A stretch of 44,575 nt of DNA, taken from the NCBI GenBank assembly GCA_030770535.1, contig JASVEC010000129.1, forward strand, positions 1 through 44,575, in the 5' to 3' direction. Made by a program: the position numbers and the translations under genes. Every line of letters begins with the position of its first letter. Positions within the stretch are counted from its first letter, which is position 1. The stretch is from Batkoa obscura (Eukaryota). The notes below the pieces were generated by a model that did not search any database, was not told the DNA's origin, and worked only from the letters and a program-made list of their open reading frames with translations. Of this stretch, positions 13,415 to 26,078 are shown one piece after another.

Positions 13415-14607
13415 ACTTTATGTTTTAAAACCTTGAAAGAATTAACAACCCTCGCGTTTTATTTATAATAATAAAATAAAAATTGAAAAAAAATGAAATG
13501 GTTATGATACTAGTCCTCCTATATTTTTAAGAATAAAATAGCATTACATTCAATATAACAAATAATTTAAAATCACATATTCATAAAATATGAGTTACTA
13601 TTAATAAGGAGTATAGCAAATAAAATTAAGTAGTTGTATATAGCAACCATTTAAAATTAAAACCTCAAATAAAGTTACAAGTCCTGAAATTAAATATAAA
13701 ACAGTCTATTGAGTAAACTTTATATAGTTAAAGCTATACAATATACATATATGAGATTTTTTGGTTATAAAAATTGATGTTGTATGGTTACTATGTTTAT
13801 TAATGAAGATAAAATAAACCATAGTGTTGCTTTAATAGTAATACTGATTGATTACTGGATTAGAATCAAAAATTCCTCATCATACCAAATTCCCAAAAAT
13901 GCGTAATTAATAAAATGAACTTAAATAGAAATCACAATAAAATCCTTCAAGATGCCCTGGCATTCGCTTTTATAAAATTAACAACCTTATTTTTACAAAT
14001 GTTAGTACGTATAGAACAGTAATACTCTTCTGGAAGTATTACCTTGTTTTCAAAAAAACAACCATTCAACTTATTCTTCGATTTAAATGGATTTTAAATA
14101 TAGACTTATTCGATTTATTTATAAAACCATAAAAGCAATATCAATCAATCTTAAATCAAAACAATAAAAAAGTATACTATTTATTCGATCCATTATTTCG
14201 CCAACTCTTTATATTAGTTAGCACCTTGGTATCTTTATCAAGAATCCTGAAACCTTATTACAACGCTTCCTGCTAGAGCATTGAGATGAAGGGTGTTAGA
14301 CCAAAATCGTCTATTATATACACCTTTCATTAAATGTATTGAGAGTTGTCAAATCAAAATAAATACTTTTTGATTTAATATCTAAGTACTACATAGCTTA
14401 GAGCACAAGTCGGTTAAAAATGTAGTAAGATATTATATTGAAAAGGAGAGATGGAATTCTAATTTACTCTACTTTATAATGATATAAATTAGATGAAATT
14501 AATGACGCTCATAAACTAACCCCTTAAAATATTTCATCACCAAACAATAAAAATAATAGAGTACAAACAAAATTACAAGCAAAACTATAAAATAAATAAA
14601 TATTTAT

Positions 14608-16557
14608 TTAAAATTTATCGGCAGTATAGATTATAGGCTCACTAGGCTTAACAATAAAAAACAGCTTTGAAGAAACTTCCTTAATAGTCTCTCTTTTAAA
14701 TCTAAAATTCCTTATTAGAGTTGTAGTAACTAAGTAAATTTCCATCCAAGCCAAACTAAAAATGGTTAATACAGCTATTATTTACATCTATATTCATTTT
14801 ACCTTCTTCCAACGCAAGCCCTTGGACCCATTGAAAAAGCCATAAAATCCGGATTATTCTTAAATTCTCCATTTTCTAGCCATCTTTCTGGAATGAAACG
14901 GTCGGGGTCTTCCCATAACAATGGTGAGTTATGTTTTGAGATAATAGAGGCTCCTATAGAGGTCTAAAGTAAAGGATGTTAATTTATTTCTTTTCAATAC
15001 CTATTTATGTTACCCCTTCTGGTATAAAGTAACCATCTACCACTCTCCCCCCTTTAGGTACAACTCTACTCAGTACCCCAGCAATCGCTGGTAGAATTCT
15101 CATACTTTCATGAATGACAGCGTTGAGATAATGACATTCTGATTTAACTTTAGTAAAATTAATTGATTCTTTATCGGGAAAGGCATTATGGATTTCTCTT
15201 TCGACTTTTTCATAAATATCTGGGCGGTTTGATATGTTATAAAAAAACCTAATTTTTGTTATTTTCGCATACTTGCTTAGGACTAAATATTACCATGTAA
15301 GCGTGTATGAAGTCGAGTCCGCTCCAGCAATACTTCATAATTAGATCAGTTACGCAGTTAATTAATGATCATGATGCTTACAATTGAAGGATAGATTCTT
15401 CGGCTATTTCCTTTTCGCTAAGCTTTTCTCCGGTTTCTGGGTCTTCTGCTTTAAGTAGGGCGTTTATAATAGTAATTCTATCTGGATGATTTTTTGCATC
15501 ATTTATTGCATCATATGAAAACTAAAATGTTAGCAAAATCCGATAGCTCATACCAAAGAAAAAAACCTGGTATACATGTTTAATACTAGGGTGTTCCATT
15601 TCTTTCACAATAGGGAATACAGCCACCTATCAATATCTTTAAGCATATGATTTTCATAAAGAAAATAAAAATACCAAACAAGCTAAGAATAAAATATCTT
15701 CTATATAATCAAAAACCGGGTGATGGCCTTCTTTTACCATATTAAATGGTTTCCCATATCCAACGTCTCCAATTATATCCTTTGCTACTAAGTTAATATT
15801 TAATCAATAATTATCTATAATCTAAACTTACGAATGAAAAATGATGCAGTTTTTCACCAAGGTCAAACTTTTGCTTTTTTTCTGAATACTCGTTGATTTT
15901 CTTTACCAAGTTATTTACATTCTTTTTGACTATATTCTCGATGTCTAATATTACTTTATCTGAAAAGAGTGGCGCTAAAATTCGCTTCTAAATGTAACGA
16001 TTAGATTTAGTAATTACACTTCAAAATAACTTGCCTTAAAGCGATGATAGTCTTTGTTACTAATATATAATTAGACATTACTATTTTTTGATTACTATGA
16101 ATCTTACTTAGTATTGAATACAGTTTCACCTATTATTTTACTAGCCTCATAAATCACATCTTTAGAGTAACTATAGCCGTTATGTACTTCTTTACAAGCT
16201 GACTCTGAAACTATTGAAACTACATCGCCGCCTTATAAAATTGTCATAAATAGATAAATCAAAAATAAATCACAGATTCATGTAAATTACCTGTTCTCAC
16301 TATCTGGCCATATTTTCTATGAAGATTTAATACATATTGATGGACTGTTCCATTTAATATCGTAAGTTTATAATATATTGGGAAAAAATGCACAATTAGC
16401 GGTCCAGGAACTTTTCTTAATGGACAAAAACATAAGCTATATATGACCTAAATTATCCTATTAGTATTACAATGATATTGGTTGAAAAACTTACATTGTA
16501 TATATAATAAGCTAGTAATATTAACGCTAACCCAAGAATTGAGCTGATTTCGAACAT
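14608..16557 (-). CDS. Cytochrome P450 (P450-3), 12 exons
   Basis: MFEISSILGL..., PLRKVPGP, I-helix AGADST, ESMR, PERW and FSMGPRACVG. Intron positions match P450-1. Intron 4 (15988-16034) is GC-AG. Confidence 0.92.
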
Positions 16558-17941
16558 TTAAACTGCTTTTGCTTTGCGACTTTTATATTGTATTTGGTTA
16601 TATCTAATATATTCATATTAACAATTAGAATTAGAAAGTTGTATTATATTTTATAAAATAAAAAAGAAATAATACCCTGATAACTCTGTTGCCTGTTTGA
16701 GCTAGTTTTGATTTGACTTTTTATTGAAAGGGATAAAAAGCAATAAAGAGCTTTGTTACTATTTATATGTTTATCGTAGCCCATTTGATTAATTTCAAGT
16801 TATTTGTTTATTTTTATTTCCATATTGTTTTTAATAAAATAGTTTCATAGAACATCTTTTTATTCAAAATTCCTTTGTGTTAACCATAATAGATTAAATT
16901 ACATGTTTATCCTATTTTAGGGATGTTAAAAATTAGCAATTTTATTCTGAAGTCTATAAAAAGTAAGTACACTTTTCGTAAAGCTGTACCTTAGAAAATC
17001 AAAAAAGTAATAATTTGGCAAAACTAAAAGATTTTTGTCAGTAAACCAAGAAAAATATAATATTCTGATGGAGATGTTCCATTTTTTAATACTCATATTA
17101 ATAAATATCTTTCAGTATTCGTATTGCTAAATACGTTTTAATGGTCATATTGCAAAACCTCTTCAATCCTTATACTTCAGCATGGGTTACCATTATCGGA
17201 TATAGGCTATTTATCCTATATATACAAAAAAAAATTATAATAATAAGTTGCCATATACACACCTCACTAATCTAAGACTATAAAAAAACCATGAAAAATA
17301 GGTACGAAATTCACTTATATCTTTATATGGAAACTTAAAGACAAAACTATCCGAATGATGAATTATTATTTTCTCCATAGGCATTTTGGAATTATTAGGC
17401 TGAAAAGATTTTTCAAAATTTAAAATCTTTTATTTGATAGTATGTACAAGAAAAATAATGGAACCAAAATTGCGCTCATGGCTGTAAACTAAAATGGATA
17501 AACTTTCCGCTAGAAGCAATATTGCCTCTGAGCGTTAACCATAAAATAAGGTTTATAAATCTTCCTTTGCACCCGATGTACATATTCAGGCTTTTATTTT
17601 AATAGTGGTTCTTTTCATGTTCCTTATACATAACATGCTTTTAAAGATCATAATCAGCTTGTTTGTTATAATCATTTTTATATTTAATCATTAGAGTTTT
17701 CTATTAAACAAGTAAGCTGTTCCTCGGTATATATTAGGTAATAGCTTTTGGATCGTTCGATACTACTATATGCGAAACTTTGTAGTCACAAGAATAAACA
17801 AGATTTTGATATTCTTTGTTTGAATTTAAATCGAGTATTTGTTATCTTCTATCAAGGTATTAGAAACTTTAGTTAATAAATATCTTTATGAAGATAACCT
17901 TAAATATGGTGTGAAAAAAATTGATCAAGGACATACAATAT

Positions 17942-18033
17942 GGGGGTGTATTTTAAAAATTCTACTAATAATCTTTCCGCTCAAGTAGCACTTGAAAATT
18001 GCAGAAAGTGATAAAGCCCAAAAAAACATCACC
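17942..18033. mobile_element. MITE copy
   Basis: GGGGGTGT...ACATCACC with ATAT on both sides. Confidence 0.85.
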
Positions 18034-19362
18034 ATATAATAACCAAAAATGCACATATGTTTTCTTATTTATAGTGAAATGCAAATACCAAGTAACATTA
18101 TTTCACAGGAATTAAATGCTGCATTCTTTGGTATAACATAACAAATCATTTGAATAATTGTCTAATAAGTTTGATAATTTATAAATTCAAAAATCCCAAA
18201 GGAAAGCATTTCATTAATAACTTTGGAGATATAAAAGCCACCACCATGATAATAGTTTGACTTTAAAGCACATAGCAAAAACATATTAAAGTATAAAAAA
18301 TCATATGCTTGACATATATTATTTGTATTAAGTCTTTAAATCAACAAAAATAGAAATTTATTTATAATCATGGTGGAAAATGGAAGTAAAACTATTTCAA
18401 AGCTTCATCCCTTACTATTCTAATCTAAAAATAAACAAAACAAAACAGTTATTTAAATCCTCAGCCAAAAATATTCAAAGCTGTATAATCTGGATTAATG
18501 TTGTATATTAAATTGGCTAAATAGATTACTAATCAAACTTTGAGCTACTGTTTGCCTTTAACGAGTTGATTGATATCAAATAACTATTATTTTATAATCT
18601 CTTTATTGATTTGGCTATATAGTCAATAATTCTATTGGCCATTTTGTAGAATAAAAATAGGAATTTCTTTATATTCTAGTAAAAGCAATGTAACTCCTGG
18701 CTAATGAAATATGCTAAAGATGAAAAAAAATAGACAAATAACTTGGAACTTTAGGACTAGTTCGTTGTTTTAGTAAAAATTATTGAGAACATATATCATC
18801 CATATGAATTTGAAAAAAATAAATTGATTTACTATAAATATATAAACAATTGAAATTTGTTAAAATTCTCACAGTATTGTTATAACTTGATCAAAGCTAA
18901 ACAAATAAAACAAAGCTTCCTAAAACCACAACGCTTTTTACTAAGTTCATTGTAAAATTGATCCTGGCATTTGGTTGGGTAGATTTAATTTTAAAATATA
19001 TTTCGGTTAAAGTACAAATAGAAGCAAATGCTAACATATCAAAGTTAGGGTAGGAGTATTAAAGCTAGGGTTAAAGTTAGAGTTAAAATTAATCTTGTTT
19101 TAAAAATGCAATAAAAGATTACTTAATATATTTACACTTTATATTGTTTTTTGAGTATTTAACAGAAGTTACTTTTTATACTTTTAGTCTTAAAATAGTT
19201 TGTTTTTATATTATCTATAACTAATTTATTTTGTTACAAAAAGGCCATTAATAAAATTTTATAAATTTAAATATATATATGAGGATGTCCAAATTGGTTT
19301 CAGAATTTAATCAAAAATTAACCCAACTTTTAAATTTTTAAATTTGTAAGTCTTTAATATAT

Positions 19363-19560
19363 GGGGATGTATTTTTGTGTTTAAGAATTCTACTAACAAT
19401 CTTTCCGCTCAAATAGCATTTAAAAGATACAAAAAGTGATGAAGTGAAAACACTCTCATATGGAGATGTTTTTTTGGTTTTATTATTTTTTTTCGATTTT
19501 TTAAGTACTATTTTAACAGGAAGATTGTTGATAAAATTATTAAATAAAAAATACATCCTC
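19363..19560. mobile_element. Two adjacent MITEs in opposite orientation sharing one ATAT site
   Basis: ATAT-[19363-19457]-ATAT-[19462-19560]-ATAT, inside element A. Confidence 0.88.
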
Positions 19561-19799
19561 ATATGTAAATAATAAAAAGTTAAATTCATTAAAAATAGCT
19601 TTGGTTTTATTATTAGTGCGAAATCTGGTACTCACTGATTAGAGTCAATAACTACTATTGCTTGGTTGACTAGCTGTAAGTTGAAAGGTCTTGGTTTATG
19701 TGACTAAGATGAACTTGAACTATGAAGAATAGTACGTAATATGTTACAGATTATGTAAGACAAATAGAGTGAACAATACTATTGTAAAAGCTACGTAAA

Positions 19800-20062
19800 A
19801 TACTATCAGGAGAATTTAGTGGCTTTGTTAAAGATAGCGGTACTAGGAAATAATCCAGTCAAAAAGCCTCGAGTTACTATGTTCTAGAATCTCTTTTGTA
19901 CTCTGAAAAGTACGAATATCAAAACGAGAAGATAACATCCTTCGGAATTACATGGCAGAAATTTCCATAGCAAACTAAAATAAAAGGCTCGGGATTGATT
20001 GTGTCTGGACTCGAGAACACAATAACTTAAATAGTTGTTGTGTTATAATTAATCATAAAGCC
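19800..20062 (+). pseudogene. Degraded APE-type endonuclease fragment (non-LTR retrotransposon-like)
   Basis: Translation with stops and one frameshift gives ILSGEFS (cf. GDFN), GITW, GS-xIDCVW (cf. SRID) and INHKA (cf. SDH) in the expected order. Confidence 0.45.
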
Positions 20063-20160
20063 AACAAAACGATATTTCACAGTACTTGTGTTCTATTAAA
20101 CATAATAATAAATCATGCTATTACCCAGTATCTGATAAATCAAAAGAAGTTCTATAATTA

Positions 20161-21286
20161 CAATTAGGGTTATAGAGTCTATAAAAAATAGAAAATAGAA
20201 AATAGAAAATAGAAAAATAAAAGATCAACCTCAGCTTATCTTGCGAAAATAGCTGGATTTAAAATTGTCGATATTTATTAAGCAAGTAGTTTGTTGAGTG
20301 ATAGAAATCAATTATTAAACGTTGATACTATTTAAACTATTAATATCTAAGCTGATAGATAGTTAAAAAGCAAGTAGTTGTGATACCAATTAAAGATTAT
20401 TATATTATATATATTATATAAAGATAGTTATAGTTTTGGGGCTAACCGTTCCCTCCCATGCAGTTATTTATTAACTTAGTAATATATTGGTAATGTAATT
20501 AGAACATTAAAATGGTTTATTTGATAGAAAATCTCAAATGTTGGTTATAGAGCAGTCAATAATAAATATTTCTCAATAAAATTTTATGAGAATATATATT
20601 TAAGATTTAGTAGAAATTCAGCTAACTTACAATATAAACTATAATAGAATAATTTAAAATTGTATCTGGGTACTTTTACTTTTTAATAAATAAAAATTGT
20701 TTTTATAGAATTCTAAGCGAAGTTTCAACAAAATATTTAAAAATTGGACAAGATAATGAAACTAATTCAGACATTCCTACATAATCAAAAAACACATTTT
20801 TTTTATAAAACTTTAAAAAATATTTATCATTAACTGTTCTATAACGAATATTGTAGATTTGCTATCAAATAAAGAAACAAAAGAATAAAGAAATAGAAAT
20901 AAAGGAACAAAGAAATAAAGAAACAAAGAAATAATTCTAATGTTCTAATTACATTACCAATATATTACTAAGTTAATAAATAACTGCATGGGAGGGAACG
21001 GTTAGCCCCAAAACTATAACTATCTTTATATAATATATATAATATAATAATCTTTAATTGGTATCACAACTACTTGCTTTTTAACTATCTATCAGCTTAG
21101 ATATTAATAGTTTAAATAGTATCAACGTTTAATAATTGATTTCTATCACTCAACAAACTACTTGCTTAATAAATATCGACAATTTTAAATCCAGCTATTT
21201 TCGCAAGATAAGCTGAGGTTGATCTTTTATTTTTCTATTTTCTATTTTCTATTTTCTATTTTTTATAGACTCTATAACTCTAATTG
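20161..21286. repeat. 349-bp inverted repeat (20161-20509 / 20938-21286), 428-bp spacer
   Basis: Arms are identical by eye except one mismatch (20168/21279) and share a (GAAAATA)n expansion. Confidence 0.92.
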
Positions 21287-22658
21287 CAACTATGTTGCTT
21301 TTTATTTATTTACCAGATACTGGATAATAATGTAGTCTATTGTTATGCTTAATAAAATGCAAATACCTTTTAATGCCTTGTATCTCTGTTATTTTTTTCG
21401 TGTTCTTGTTTCTTGATACTTTTTAAAAATTATATCTGTTTTCCCATTATTAACAGTCGAGTTATTAATTTTATTATGTTCGCAAATAAAAGCCCTAAAT
21501 CTTGAATCAATTGATCGATATCTTCTATTTTACTTAATGCTTCAAAGCTACTTTTGCATTTTGAAAGATTTCCAGAATGTCCATCAACTATACTTTTTCC
21601 ATGATGCTCAGCAAAAAAATTAAGATTAATATTTAAACTATTATTTATTTTAGGAATTTCTTTAAATATATAATGCAGGAACTCTCGGGATTTAAAATAA
21701 TTTCCTGTATCTGCCCATATATTAATTTTTGTAAGCTTTTTAAATAAAAGCTCTGTAGAGATTAGATCAATTAAACAATCTCCTGTATATGCTGAATCAT
21801 GGTTTAGTACTTCAGATAAACAATCAAAATAAACTTTGCCTATTGTTTTGTCATCTTTTAAATATAGACTACCAAAACCTAACATTGATATAGCTTGTTT
21901 ATTATAATGATCTAGATTTATTGAATCTGGTCTTGCTCCTATTTCTATATTTCGTTTAAAGTCTAAAATTATTATACAACTTTTGTTATTCGATTTTTTA
22001 ATAGTTTCATCAAATATATTTTGAGTATCAACACAGAATTTATATAATTTGTATAAATTTTCTTTTTCATTGAAAATTTCTTATATTTCTGCCTTGTTTT
22101 TTATTGCTGCATTTATTTTATTTTCAAATAACTTTTTTCTAACTGTATATTGGGCACAATATCACATAGATCCGTTTTTCTTGCTGGATTTTTGAAACTA
22201 CTCGGTCTATATTTTAAAAACGTTGACCTAGCTACTGCTTCATCTTTTAAATCATTGAAATATTTACTATATATTATTCTTACACTTTTATTTAATATAT
22301 ATCATCTGATGAATACTTGCTTTTATTTTTATTTTTATTAAATCTTGATGAAATAGTTGAACCATTTAGTAAATATTGTATGATAGTTTCAATTTTTTCA
22401 TCTTTGGTCTTTTTATGTTTTTAATGATATGTTGTAATGTTGATATTTTATTATTATTATTACTTATTTTTGAATAATCATATTGATTTCTATTTATATT
22501 AAACCCAAAACTTTTATATTCATCAAAAGAGTGTACTGAAGCTATAGTTGATAATAACACTACTTGTTGACTTTTATTTCCTATTTCCCTTAAAGCACTA
22601 ATTTTATACATTACTTGATTAAGTTTATTATCATCGATAGTAAACTTTGATAATATAT

Positions 22659-25120
22659 GGGGCTGTCTGAATTAGTTTCATTATTTTATCCAATTTTCGA
22701 AAAATTTTGTACTTTAAAAACTTCGCTTAAAATTCCATAAAATCATATCTTTTATTAAAACAAAAGTACCCGGACACAGTTCTAAATCATTCTATTATAG
22801 CTCATACTGTAAGTTAGTTGAATTTCTACTAGATCTTAAATATATGTTCTTATAAAGCTTAATTGAGAAATATTTATTATCAACTGCTTTATAACCAACA
22901 TTGTAGATTTATTATCAAATAAATAAACTATTTTAATGTTATAATTACATTATTAATATATTGCCAAGTTAATAAATAGCTGCATGGGAGGGAGTGGTTA
23001 GCCCCAAAACTATAATTAATCATCCCTATATAGTACAAGTAATAATATTTTTTACATATTATTACAGTTACTTGTTCTTTGACTATTTATTAACTTAATT
23101 ATTAGTAGCTTAAGTAATCTTAACATTTAACAATCTATTTCTATCATTCAACAAACTACTTACTTGCTTAGTAAATATCGAAATTTTTAAATTCTCTGTT
23201 ATCTTCGTAAGGTAAGCTGAGATCGATCTTTTAATTTTTCTGTTTTCTATAGACTCTATAACTTTAATTGGGACTATATCGCTTTTTTTTGATGTATCAG
23301 ATACTGGATAACAATGTAGTTTATTGTTATGTTTAATAAAGTGTAAATACTTCTTAATGCCTTGCATCTCTATTATTCTTTTTGTATTTTTGTTTCTTTC
23401 ATACTTTTTAAAAATTATATCTGTTTTCCCATTATTAACAGTCGAGTTATTAATTTTATTATGCTCACAAATAAAAGCCTCAAATCTTGAAATTAATTGA
23501 TCGATATCTTCTATTTTACCTAACGCTTCAAAACTACTTTTCCATTTTGAAAGGTTTCCAAAATGTCCATCAACTATACTTTTTCCATGATGCTCAGCAA
23601 AAAAATTAAGATTAACATTCAAACTACTATTTATTTTATGAATTTCTTTAAACATATAATGCAAGAACTCTTGGGATCTAAAATGATTTCCTGTATCTGC
23701 CCATATATTAATTTTTGTGAACTTTTTAAATAGAAGCTCTGTAGAGATCAAATTGATTAGACAATCTCCTGCATATGCTGAATCATGATTCAATATTTCA
23801 GATAAATAATCAAAGTAAACTTTGCCTATTGTTTTATCATCTTTTAAATATAATACACCAAAGCCTAATGCTGATATAGCTTGTTTATTATAATGATCTA
23901 GATTTGTTGAATCTGGTCTTGTTCCTATTTCCATATTTTGTTTAAAATCTAAAACTATTATACAACTTTTGTTATTTAATTTTTTAATAGTTTCATTAAA
24001 TGTGTTTTTTTGAGTATCAACACAGAATTTATGTAATTTGTATAATTTTTCTTCTTCGTTGAAAATTTCTTCTATCTCTGCTTTGTTTTTTGCTGTATTT
24101 ATTTTATTTTCAAATAACTTTTTTCTAACTGTATACTGGGTACATATATTACATAGATCCGTTTTTCTTGCTGGATTTTTGAAATTAGTTGGTATATATT
24201 TAAAGAACGTTGACCTGGCTACTGCTTTATCTCTTAGATCATTCAAATATTTACTATATATCATTCTTCTACTTTTATTTAATATATATATATTATCTGA
24301 TGAATATCTACTATCGTTATTTTTTTTATTAAACCTTGATGAAATAGTTGAATCATTTAGTAAATATTGTATAATAGTTTCAATTTGGTCATCTTTAATT
24401 TTTTTTGTATTTTTAATAATAGGTTGTAATGTTGATATTTTATTATTACTTGTTTTTGAATAATCATACTGATTTCTATTTATATTAAACCCAAAACTCT
24501 TACATTCATCAAAAGAATATACTGAAGCTATAGTTGATAATAACACTACTTGTTGACTTTTATTTCCTATTTCCCTTAAAGCACTAATTTTATACATTAC
24601 TTGATTAAGTTTATTATTATCGATAGTAAACTTTGATAATATATCTTTTCTTTGTTTTGTTTTATTATAAAATTCCATAAACCTTGGGTTGTTATAAGTA
24701 GCTCTTAAAATTGATGTAAATGAATTACAATGTTTATATTGTGTACTCCTCCCTATCGTATTGAAGTTTTCAAAAATTCCATTTCGAAGTTTAGTTATGA
24801 AAGTTTGCATTTTATTTTTATTTCAACAAAAAATAAAGTCAAATAAAGTCAAATAACTGTGTTTATATAATTATGTATTTATATAATTATATAATCATAT
24901 AGTTATATATTATATATCTGTTAAATATCTAACAGAACTAACATAAAATATATAGTTAGGAAAATTAGCTATTTAAGAAAAGGAAACAATTAAAATAAGT
25001 TTTAAATAGAGACATTTAATTTTAGGCTTTTTAGATTTAACCGTTATATTGGACACAAACTTGAAATTTTAAATTTGGATTAATTTCTAAGTAGATTCTG
25101 AAACCAATTAGGACAGCCCC
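22659..25120 (-). mobile_element. Sola-type element C, apparently intact autonomous DNA transposon (2462 bp)
   Basis: About 22-bp imperfect TIRs GGGGCTGTC(TG/CT)AATT(A/G)GTTTCA and a perfect ATAT TSD (22655-22658, 25121-25124). Removing C restores the B reading sequence gataatATATcttttc. Confidence 0.92.
23110..24810 (-). CDS. DDD transposase, Sola-like (closest to Sola2-type motifs), 566 aa
   Basis: Candidate catalytic motifs IIVLDFKQN, IWADTGNHFRSQE and FFAEHHGKSIVDGHFG, with an upstream DLCNIC...H zinc motif. The ORF is uninterrupted and lies within the TIRs. Confidence 0.85.
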   Translation of the reverse strand: MQTFITKLRNGIFENFNTIGRSTQYKHCNSFTSILRATYNNPRFMEFYNKTKQRKDILSKFTIDNNKLNQVMYKISALREIGNKSQQVVLLSTIASVYSFDECKSFGFNINRNQYDYSKTSNNKISTLQPIIKNTKKIKDDQIETIIQYLLNDSTISSRFNKKNNDSRYSSDNIYILNKSRRMIYSKYLNDLRDKAVARSTFFKYIPTNFKNPARKTDLCNICTQYTVRKKLFENKINTAKNKAEIEEIFNEEEKLYKLHKFCVDTQKNTFNETIKKLNNKSCIIVLDFKQNMEIGTRPDSTNLDHYNKQAISALGFGVLYLKDDKTIGKVYFDYLSEILNHDSAYAGDCLINLISTELLFKKFTKINIWADTGNHFRSQEFLHYMFKEIHKINSSLNVNLNFFAEHHGKSIVDGHFGNLSKWKSSFEALGKIEDIDQLISRFEAFICEHNKINNSTVNNGKTDIIFKKYERNKNTKRIIEMQGIKKYLHFIKHNNKLHCYPVSDTSKKSDIVPIKVIESIENRKIKRSISAYLTKITENLKISIFTKQVSSLLNDRNRLLNVKIT

Positions 25121-25743
25121 ATATCTTTTCTTTGTTTCGTTTTATTATAAAATTCCATAAACCCTGAGTTGTTGTAAATAGCTCTTGGAATTGATGTAAA
25201 TGAATTATAATGTTTGTATTGTGTACTCCTCCCTATTGTATTGAAGTTTTCAAAAATTCCATTTCGAAGTTTAGTTATGAAAGTTTGCATTTTATTTTTA
25301 TTTCAACAAAAAACAAAGTCAAATAACTGTATTCATATAATCATATAATCATATAATCATATATTATATATCTATTAAATATCTAACAGAAATAATATAA
25401 AACATATAGTTAGAAAAATTAACTATTTAAGAAAAGGAAGCAATTGAAGTAAGTTTTTAAGTCAAATAAAGAGATTTAGTTTAAGCTTTTTAGATTTAAT
25501 CGTCACATTAAAGACACAAATTTAAACTCAAAATTTGGATTAATTTCTAAGTAAATTCTGAAACCAATTCAGATAACCTCATATACTATTTTAAATTTTA
25601 TAGATTGAAGCTTTATAAGTATTTTAAATAACACTTTGATAATAAATAATATAGTTTATCAATATTTGTTTTATTCATTAGAATATAAATTTAATCATCT
25701 GTATTAAAGCAATATAAAATTTAATTATAATTTTTATTTATAT

Positions 25744-25839
25744 GGAGATGTATTTTTCTGTTTAAGAATTTTACTAACAATTTTTTCACTCAAATAGCAC
25801 TCAAAAGATGGAAAATTAATGAAATCAATAAACATTCCC
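25744..25839. mobile_element. MITE copy
   Basis: GGAGATGT...ACATTCCC with ATAT TSD. Confidence 0.87.
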
Positions 25840-26078
25840 ATATCTTTATTAACTTTTAGATTATTCATTATAAGTATTTAAATAATTTGTTAATTAAAAT
25901 GTCACTTAATCTTATATATATTTTATAAATGTTAAAACTAGTTATTAAACTACAAAAAATTCAAAATTAGTAAATGCAAAAAAGGTTTTAAAACAAACTT
26001 TAAATAATAATAAACTTGATAACATTTTAATTTATTTTTATATTTTATTTAACTTTTTGTAAAAGAATATAACTATAT

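Larger units (their letters stand above)
19281..20778 (+). mobile_element. Sola-type element A, internally deleted and non-autonomous
   Basis: 19281-19358 matches the promoter-side end of elements B and C (GAGGATGTCCAAATTGGTTTCAGAATTT...). About 20095-20778 matches the transposase 3' end and the opposite terminus (...TGAAACTAATTCAGACATTCCT). Flanks are ATAT/ACAT. Confidence 0.75.
20805..25580 (-). mobile_element. Sola-type element B: decayed transposase, interrupted by element C, left terminus not found
   Basis: ORF fragments 21430-21885, 22366-22611 and 25121-25290 are colinear homologs of the 566-aa transposase with frameshifts and stops. Right terminus ...GAAACCAATTCAGATAACCTC is followed by ATAT. 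The left boundary is approximate. Confidence 0.88.

Noticed and set aside
17000..17900. Possible decayed gene or TE remnant
   Set aside because: No interpretable reading frame or motif by eye.
19338..19589. Apparent small protein family (ORFs 19338, 26077, 36408 sharing FKxYLSGK...KHKNTSP)
   Set aside because: The shared peptide is just the translated MITE sequence.
24038..24463. 141-aa hydrophobic ORF (also 22150-22341)
   Set aside because: Antisense shadow of the Lys/Asn-rich transposase.
19281..25580. One giant composite transposon with ATAT flanks
   Set aside because: Both ends are the same (promoter-side) end type and A has its own opposite terminus at 20778. Two separate insertions at the preferred ATAT target explain it.
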